Assembly (NCBI RefSeq): GCF_900232105.1
Contig: NZ_LT934425.1
Coordinates: 1,770,001-1,802,000, forward strand
Direction: 5' to 3'
DNA length: 32,000 nucleotides
Origin: Candidatus Kuenenia stuttgartensis
Lineage (GTDB): Bacteria > Planctomycetota > Brocadiia > Brocadiales > Brocadiaceae
The translations under genes and the position numbers were made by a program. The notes under the pieces are model-generated. The model was not told the origin of the DNA. It made no database searches and saw only the letters and a program-made list of their open reading frames with translations. Of the stretch, positions 18,728 to 23,735 are shown one piece after another (position 1 is the stretch's first letter; each line of letters begins with the position of its first letter).

Positions 18728-18856
18728 GCAACACTTTAGTTTTTTAAAAAAGACTAACGTGTTACAAAATTGCGTGTTTTATTGAAATATAGGGACGCAT
18801 CCCTTATTTTTCCACCAGATCAAGCAAGCAATATGGGAAGTGTCCCCTAATTCCCT
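18728..18856 (+). repeat. Dispersed hairpin repeat, copy C (~129 bp)
   Basis: gcaacactttagttttttaaaaaa ... attgcgtgttttat ... agggacgcatccc (18791-18803) ttatttttccaccagatcaagcaagcaatat gggaagtgtcccct (18835-18848) aatt. It is a direct repeat of copy B, on the other side of the ATPase fragment. Confidence 0.7.
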
Positions 18857-18881
18857 TTCGCGCGTCGGCAGCAGTGCCGTG

Positions 18882-19244
18882 TTAGCTGCGCTGTTGGCAC
18901 TCAATTGCTTGGATATTTTCTATCTTAAGCTTGCGTGTATCCGGCCAATAAATAGTTGTTACATTAAACGAAAAACGATGCTTATCAAAAAACCGATGAA
19001 ATTCTTTTTTTAACAATGCAAAGATAGTAATTGAGATTCTCTTCGACGCCTTGAGTGGATCAATCTTTAGATTAGAGTATTTAAAATTCCATGCGGTCCT
19101 ACCTTGTAGAAATAGTTGTTCTTCGACGAGGTCAGGCAGGGCCGGAAGATACTTCGCTTCCAGCTCGCGCTTTACCCAAAACCGCACGGTATACAATTCT
19201 TTGGAAAGGATAAGATCATTTTCTTCTGGCATGTCCGTTATCAC
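18882..19244 (-). CDS. Hypothetical protein (120 aa)
   Basis: ORF-track ORF with a GTG start (an ATG lies 4 codons in). I recognise no motif. Its stop lies in AGCTAAC, followed by the small hairpin cggcagcagtgccg. Confidence 0.45.
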   Translation of the reverse strand: MITDMPEENDLILSKELYTVRFWVKRELEAKYLPALPDLVEEQLFLQGRTAWNFKYSNLKIDPLKASKRISITIFALLKKEFHRFFDKHRFSFNVTTIYWPDTRKLKIENIQAIECQQRS

Positions 19245-19314
19245 TTGAAGCGGTTAAATTTATATCAGACTTCCCAAATGTCACATTATTTTACGGCAAT
19301 TATGAAATATATTT

Positions 19315-19563
19315 TTATTTGTATGCCTTACTGCTAAGTGCTTGAATCATATTGGCGAACTCCAGAAATATAATCATATATGCAGTTGCAACTTGTTCAT
19401 GATCTTTGTTTATAGTTGACAAGTATGCTACGGTTGCGGGAATACATCTTGTGGTCGGGTTTAAGTACGCGGCTCCCTCGTAATGATCGTCGACTTCATC
19501 AACATTGATCATGACCCGCCCTTCCGCACTTCCTTGATAGTAGCCGATCCATTGCCCCTTCAT
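19315..19563 (-). CDS. Hypothetical protein (82 aa)
   Basis: ORF-track ORF starting 16 nt after the attC-like site. I recognise no motif. The odd hydrophobic C-terminus suggests it may be a fragment. Confidence 0.4.
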   Translation of the reverse strand: MKGQWIGYYQGSAEGRVMINVDEVDDHYEGAAYLNPTTRCIPATVAYLSTINKDHEQVATAYMIIFLEFANMIQALSSKAYK

Positions 19564-19578
19564 AATCCTCCCTTCAGT

Positions 19579-19650
19579 GCATAACGACCAAGCTCGCCTG
19601 CCGCTATGGAGCGTAGCGGAATAGCGGTCAGGTGGAGTGCTTTGTTAGGC
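19579..19650 (-). other. attC-like structured recombination site (72 bp), candidate a
   Basis: The minus strand reads GCCTAAC-AAAGCACTCCACCTGACCGCTAT-TCCGCTACGCTCC-ATAGCGGCAGGCGAGCTTGGTC-GTTATGC. The ends fit RYYYAAC and approximately GTTRRRY and pair 6/7. An asymmetric unpaired spacer is followed by a long bulged stem and a 13-nt loop. The brnA stop codon lies inside GCCTAAC. Confidence 0.45.
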
Positions 19651-19923
19651 TTTCTTTGTTTTTACCTTACGCTTTTGTGACAGCAGCGGAATTAAACAAC
19701 GCAAAGCCCTATTCACAGATTCTGAGTCTGGGAAATACGCTCTAACATCTGGTTCTAGTATAACCGACCCCTCTTTTGGCGTCACATCCTTAACAACAGT
19801 TGTGCCATTTGCTTCATGAACAGTAATTGTATATCCAGCCTGCATGGCTCTATAATGCTTACCACGTACTCCACTACTGAAATCATATTTAGCGCGCATA
19901 TCGTTATTCTCAAGCTGTGCCAT
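19645..19923 (-). CDS. BrnA-like antitoxin (YDFS...VNxALR type)
   Basis: The ORF-track frame is 19645..19944. The likelier start is the ATG at 19923, after gaaggaggtaaataaa. It reads MAQLENNDMRAKYDFSSGVRGKHY...LEPDVRAYFPDSESVNRALRCLIPL, a pattern I associate with antitoxins partnered with DUF497/BrnT toxins. Confidence 0.6.
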   Translation of the reverse strand: MAQLENNDMRAKYDFSSGVRGKHYRAMQAGYTITVHEANGTTVVKDVTPKEGSVILEPDVRAYFPDSESVNRALRCLIPLLSQKRKVKTKKA

Positions 19924-19924
19924 T

Positions 19925-20071
19925 TTATTTACCTCCTTCTTCATAAAGTGACAGCTCCGACTGACTTGCCTTGCGACAACTGATAATACGAATATTTGAA
20001 CTTCGCTCAGTATAAACCACTACCAACACATGACCCTTATCAGAGCTTCCGATGTCAATATTCCTCGGCAT
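19925..20071 (-). pseudogene. 5'-truncated BrnT (DUF497) ribonuclease toxin
   Basis: This 48-codon ORF falls below the track cutoff. MPRNIDIGSSDKGHVLVVVYTERSSNIRIISCRKASQSELSLYEEGGK matches only the C-terminal half of BrnT (…VV.TeR...IRIISaRkA...E...Y). The N-terminal ~45 residues are absent. Its stop lies 1 nt before the brnA ATG. Confidence 0.65.
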
Positions 20072-20083
20072 CGGGTAAAAACG

Positions 20084-20293
20084 TTATTTTATACAGAGTT
20101 CTTCCCAGAGGGATTGCCAGTCTTTTCCTTTTACCTGCATATCATCCTGTCTTGCTTTGCGCATGTTTTTTATAAACTCAGGATTTTGTGATAAAAGCCA
20201 GTCTTCAAGGTCTTCTTTTGTATCAGCGGTTTCAAAAACACTCAGTGGAAATGTAACTGTCTGCTTTTTTGATTTTTTCCTGGTTAATGCCAT
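20084..20293 (-). CDS. Small antitoxin-like protein (69 aa from the internal ATG)
   Basis: The ORF-track frame is 20084..20347. The likely start is the ATG at 20293, after aaaggaaaaattgc. The tail EDLEDWLLSQNPEFIKNMRKARQDD resembles the C-terminal tails of some type II antitoxins. No cognate toxin follows. Confidence 0.35.
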   Translation of the reverse strand: MALTRKKSKKQTVTFPLSVFETADTKEDLEDWLLSQNPEFIKNMRKARQDDMQVKGKDWQSLWEELCIK

Positions 20294-20408
20294 GCAATTT
20301 TTCCTTTCTTTTTCTTTATACACCTTCAGAATTAAAACCATCTGCAATCAGAATTCCACCGTCCAAAATCCTGACACAGCGAAAGCTTAACCATCTTTCA
20401 ACACAGAA

Positions 20409-20537
20409 TCAATAATCAATAATTAAGTATGGTGTCCCCAGAATTACCTCATGGCTGCCTTTTCGATTAATTTCTTTAAATTCCATCCGTTTTAAAGCTG
20501 CCAAAACCTCTCGTCCTGATAATATCTGGAGTTTCAT
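20409..20537 (-). pseudogene. hicA: 3'-truncated HicA mRNA-interferase toxin
   Basis: This 42-codon ORF falls below the track cutoff. MKLQILSGREVLAALKRMEFKEINRKGSHEVIL is the HicA N-terminal half up to the catalytic GSH. The sequence then runs into the 25-bp repeat at 20421-20445 (GTPYLIIDY stop). Its ATG overlaps the hicB stop as ATGA. Confidence 0.7.
20421..20445 (-). repeat. 25-bp inverted-repeat partner (right) of 18095-18119
   Basis: aattaagtatggtgtccccagaatt. It marks the exact point where hicA homology ends. Confidence 0.7.
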
Positions 20538-20734
20538 ATCGCCACTTCATAAACTTTGTGTTTACTGTTTTCTGTTAAGTCCTCGTCAGGTTCTAAATAT
20601 AATTCTATTGCTTCCCGAATATTCTGCAATGCCTCATCTTCTGTCCTTCCCTGACTCCAACAGCTTTTTAACGATGGACAATATGCAGCAAAGTAACCAT
20701 CTTCTCCTTGCTCCAGTATAACTTTTATTTTCAT
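20534..20734 (-). CDS. hicB: HicB-family antitoxin (UPF0150)
   Basis: 66 aa. MKIKVILEQGEDGYFAAYCPSLKSCWSQGRTEDEALQNIREAIELYLE is the classic HicB N-terminal domain pattern. Confidence 0.85.
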   Translation of the reverse strand: MKIKVILEQGEDGYFAAYCPSLKSCWSQGRTEDEALQNIREAIELYLEPDEDLTENSKHKVYEVAI

Positions 20735-21228
20735 ATCTTTTATTCTCCTCGTTGAGTTTTATTAATCTATCATATTTATCGAGTAGTCATGGCAATAGTC
20801 GTTGATTCTAATTCCTACCGCAGTTACTTTGATTTGGTATTCTGCCATCCAAAACTATCTCAAAATAACTGAAATCCACAACAATGACACGTCTCTTTGC
20901 CGTACTAAAACATTTATGAATATGGGGAAAGCAACCTTTTTCCTCTTTATTGGTTGAGTAACTGTTCTATTTCCTTTTCCAGTTCTTCTTTTCTTACTGG
21001 ATCAATAGTTTGTTGCCATATTTTTAAGAGGTTGCTTGATTCATAAATTTTTTGCCGTTCTTCGGGAGTAACTTCAATAGTATCGAGCAACGATTTTGCC
21101 TCATTTTGCATAATTTTTGGAAAAAACTTTAATACATCAAAGCTATCAAGACTAGCCTCTAGCGTGCTTTGGGCAAGAAGGACTTTTGCTATAGCTTTGC
21201 TGGCATCGGAAATTTTTTTCTCGGCTTG

Positions 21229-21735
21229 TTAGGCATGTTCTAAAGCCTTTTTCGCATCTTCACGCTCTTTTTTTGCTTCATTATATTGCCAATAAGCAAC
21301 AACTAAAAGAAAAATAGAAATGAACGTCGCAACATGATTAATATACTGGTTAAACCACTGGATACGCTTTTTCTGATAGTGCCCACAGTGAAAGCATATC
21401 TTTGCATTTTGTTTAATTTTCTCTTTGCAATAATAGCAGTCTACATTTTGATTTTCAGTAATTTGTTTTTTGTGATAATTGGTGTATCTATCAATCGGAT
21501 ATCTAATCGCCATAATAATCACAAAGACAACGATACCTGAAAATACTCCACCGTAATTATTGCACGTGATCTCAAGGAAAGCAGCGAATTCTGGCCTACT
21601 ATGAATTAAATAGTACAATAAGTAATCTCCAGGATAAAAACAAAGCCACTTAAACCACAACCACACGTCACTAATTGTGGTTGAGCCGCTACAGTTCATA
21701 TCCGCTACGAACCCCCATTCCCTTGGATCGGACAC
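21229..21735 (-). CDS. Membrane protein with a cytoplasmic zinc ribbon; the frame continues past an in-frame TAA to 20947
   Basis: 168-aa ORF with a GTG start after aggagacataataa. It has two TM helices, CYYC-x11-CFHC, a third TM helix and the start of a coiled coil. After the TAA at 21229-21231 the same frame stays open for 93 more codons (QAEKKISDASKAIAKVLL...EKEIEQLLNQ), ending at 20947. Confidence 0.55.
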   Translation of the reverse strand: MSDPREWGFVADMNCSGSTTISDVWLWFKWLCFYPGDYLLYYLIHSRPEFAAFLEITCNNYGGVFSGIVVFVIIMAIRYPIDRYTNYHKKQITENQNVDCYYCKEKIKQNAKICFHCGHYQKKRIQWFNQYINHVATFISIFLLVVAYWQYNEAKKEREDAKKALEHA

Positions 21736-21858
21736 TTATTATGTCTCCTATTTACGATCCACATATAAAAGTTTTCAAATTACGGCATATCGCTCATAAA
21801 TTATTTTGAGCAATTTTTCTTCCATTTCCTTGTTAATTTTCTTCGTGATCACAAAGAC

Positions 21859-21931
21859 TCCTAACTTTAAATTATGGGGTTTTGGTGGAGCGCCAGCGCA
21901 ACCAAAATCCCTCTTGAACAATTTGTTAGAT
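21859..21931 (-). other. attC-like structured recombination site (73 bp), candidate b
   Basis: The minus strand reads ATCTAAC-AAATTGTTCAAGAGGGATTTTGGT-TGCGCTGGCGCTCC-ACCAAAACCCCATAATTTAAA-GTTAGGA. The ends fit RYYYAAC and approximately GTTRRRY. AAATT/AATTT pair after a 3-nt bulge, followed by 6 extrahelical nt and an 11-bp stem. The loop shares CGCT..CGCTCC with candidate a. It begins 12 nt after the SIR2-like stop. Confidence 0.45.
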
Positions 21932-21942
21932 ATCAAATTTTC

Positions 21943-22836
21943 CTAATAATAAAGTTTTGAAAACCAGTCTTGAAGGTCTTTCAATGAGTCCGTTTTATAA
22001 TGCTCTCCATTTCTTAAGAACTTACCTTCAATAGAAACAGAATACTTCCATTCAAAAGTCCTTCTTGGCCAGATAGCTATAGATGATTTCCAAAAATCTG
22101 AATTAATAATACTATGCCCAAGAGGGAAATAATTTTTCCAACATTTAACAATTTCCTCTTGTTTTTTTATATCAATAATTTCCGCATGACAAAACTGTTT
22201 GAAATTATTTGTTGGTGTAGGATTCCAATTTTCAAGTAAAAGCTGACGAGCATTAAAATCTGTGGCTGGTCCAGAATAACCAAATATGGTTATTTGAAAT
22301 GCTTCTTTTAATTTTTCTGTAACCTTTTCCCAATCTCTTTTTATTAAATTATCATTAGTATAATCTTTATTTTCAACAGGATAAAATAGTTTGCTTTGTT
22401 TTAATGTTGTATTACATATTGTGCATATCTCAGATGGTACACCTAAAATATCATGCTCATTGCATGTTGCAAAAGCTACACAACCATGTAAAAAACGTAT
22501 ATCAGGTAACTTTGCTACATCTTTATTTCTTCTATAAGCTTGGATTAGGAATGGATCCCAATTAAATGTGGCAATAATGTCTTTTGAACGAAGTCCTAAT
22601 ACAAGATAATCATATATCGTTGGATAATCAGGTAAGTGCAAACTTTCAAAATAAGATACAATTGTTTTTTCAATTTTTAATAATTGAGAAGAATAAATGT
22701 CTTTTTGTTTAAGCCATGAAAATTGGCTTTCAAAGTTTCCAGGTGGCGGGCAAGCATTTTCCATTAACTCCTTCCACTCTGCAACTACCCCTTTTATATT
22801 GGGTAATTCGTCTTTCTCTTGTAACATTTTAACCAA
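21943..22836 (-). CDS. SIR2-like (SIR2_2/DUF4917-type) protein
   Basis: 297-aa ORF with a TTG start at 22836 or an ATG at 22827. The motifs occur in sirtuin order: DIIATFNWDPFLIQAY (TTNYD-like), IRFLHGC (HG), a four-Cys module C-x6-C-x13-CTIC in the position of the sirtuin zinc ribbon, and ITIFGYSGPATD (GYS..D). The N-terminal GAGxS NAD-binding loop is not evident. The gene is visibly AT-rich; a sampled line is about 28 percent GC. Confidence 0.5.
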   Translation of the reverse strand: MVKMLQEKDELPNIKGVVAEWKELMENACPPPGNFESQFSWLKQKDIYSSQLLKIEKTIVSYFESLHLPDYPTIYDYLVLGLRSKDIIATFNWDPFLIQAYRRNKDVAKLPDIRFLHGCVAFATCNEHDILGVPSEICTICNTTLKQSKLFYPVENKDYTNDNLIKRDWEKVTEKLKEAFQITIFGYSGPATDFNARQLLLENWNPTPTNNFKQFCHAEIIDIKKQEEIVKCWKNYFPLGHSIINSDFWKSSIAIWPRRTFEWKYSVSIEGKFLRNGEHYKTDSLKDLQDWFSKLYY

Positions 22837-22856
22837 TGTATTTATTGCAATTTTTA

Positions 22857-23288
22857 TTATTTAACGGCTTGGGTAACGGGCGCGCCGTAAGGAGCATCCT
22901 GTTGACCTAATGGTGAAGTCACTTTCTTTCCAATGGTTGCGAGGATGAAATCTTCCAGCTTTTCTCTCAATTCCGGTTCATTTTCCCATACGATGTGATT
23001 GTATTACCTTGTATCGAAATTGATATTCTGCGAGTCATCATGTCGGACACACCAGATGACAGGCAGCCCTAAGCCGTATGCAAAACCTGCCTCATAATAG
23101 ACTCCAGGCTTTTGCTGCGTTACATCCGCTACAATAAATCCAGAGTTTCGTATCGCGGCACTGGTTTTCGCATCAATTCGTTCAAGATGCGGCTACGAGT
23201 CCACCCGATATGGCCGATAACCCATGGCTTCAATGTCCGGTGCTATTGCATTCTCGTAGACGGGGAGCAAGGTCTTATCAAATGACAT
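22857..23288 (-). pseudogene. Nucleoside 2-deoxyribosyltransferase-like (NDT/Rcl-fold) gene with two in-frame stop codons
   Basis: It is missing from the ORF track because of the stops. The minus-strand frame reads (KTKAFVA)MSFDKTLLPVYENAIAPDIEAMGYRPYRVDS-TAG(23195-23193)-PHLERIDAKTSAAIRNSGFIVADVTQQKPGVYYEAGFAYGLGLPVIWCVRHDDSQNINFDTR-TAA(23006-23004)-YNHIVWENEPELREKLEDFILATIGKK.... FIVADVT..P.VYYEAGFA.GLG.PVI is the NDT/Rcl signature. The gene ends 20-30 nt before the SIR2-like start. Confidence 0.6.
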
Positions 23289-23310
23289 CGCTACGAATGC
23301 TTTGGTTTTT

Positions 23311-23380
23311 AAATATAGGGACACTTCCCTTATTTTCCCAAACATGATCACGCAAGCAATATGGGAAGTGCCCCCTAATT
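23311..23380 (+). repeat. Dispersed hairpin repeat, copy D (hairpin module only)
   Basis: aaatatagggacacttccc ttattttcccaaacatgatcacgcaagcaatat gggaagtgccccctaatt. The stem is 13-14 bp and the loop is conserved with copies B and C. It lies between the helicase-nuclease stop and the NDT-like gene start. Confidence 0.7.
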
Positions 23381-23438
23381 ATCCAAACACATAATCACTA
23401 ATCAAGATGTGACCCCATGCTCTCCTTGTATTCGCGCT

Positions 23439-23735
23439 TCATGACTTGGGGAAAATCTCTCGTTCCTCCAGCGCACGCCAAAGCCCTTTTAGCGCGTCAT
23501 CTTTGTTAGAGTAGAAGGCCGATTCTCTGACGCGGAAGAACTCCCAGCCGCACCGCTTTAATTGCAGCTGGCGTTGCATATCCTCTTCGTATCGGTTGGG
23601 GCCATGCCAATGGTCACCGTCACACTCGACTGCCAGGCGCGCGTTGCCTCCTTCTATAACAATATCGATTCGCTTGCCAGCGATTTCATACTGCGGAATG
23701 ACGTTGAAACCCCGCCTCGCCAACTCCAATGCAAC
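23439..23735 (-). pseudogene. Helicase-nuclease gene, piece 3 of 3: C-terminal DUF559/Vsr-like (REase_MTES_1575-type) endonuclease domain
   Basis: LELARRGFNVIPQYEIAGKRIDIVIEGGNARLAVECDGDHWHGPNRYEEDMQRQLQLKRCGWEFFRVRESAFY is a DUF559-type nuclease pattern. The frame joins piece 2 exactly once IS 23736-25587 and one ATGCAAC copy are removed. Confidence 0.85.

Noticed and set aside
18751-18878. Repeat copy C read as a long VCR-like attC, because it is bounded by GACTAAC and GTTAGCT and the 120-aa ORF stop sits in AGCTAAC.
   Set aside because: Only the 5-bp CTAAC/GTTAG cores are complementary. The adjacent segments do not pair, and the strong hairpin is internal and off-centre. This is unlike the end-to-end pairing of attC sites.
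22861-22909. A possible third attC-like site (minus strand GGTCAAC ... GCTCC ... GTTAAAT, with an ACGGCGCGCCCGT palindrome).
   Set aside because: It is only 49 bp and the terminal boxes pair poorly (4/7). There is no L-box pairing, and it lies entirely inside the C-terminal coding frame of the NDT-like gene. At best it is a degenerate remnant.
18183-23380. The hairpin repeats read as a CRISPR array.
   Set aside because: There are only three copies. They are irregularly spaced (about 0.5 kb and 4.5 kb apart), about 80 percent similar rather than identical, and separated by genes. No cas genes are present.
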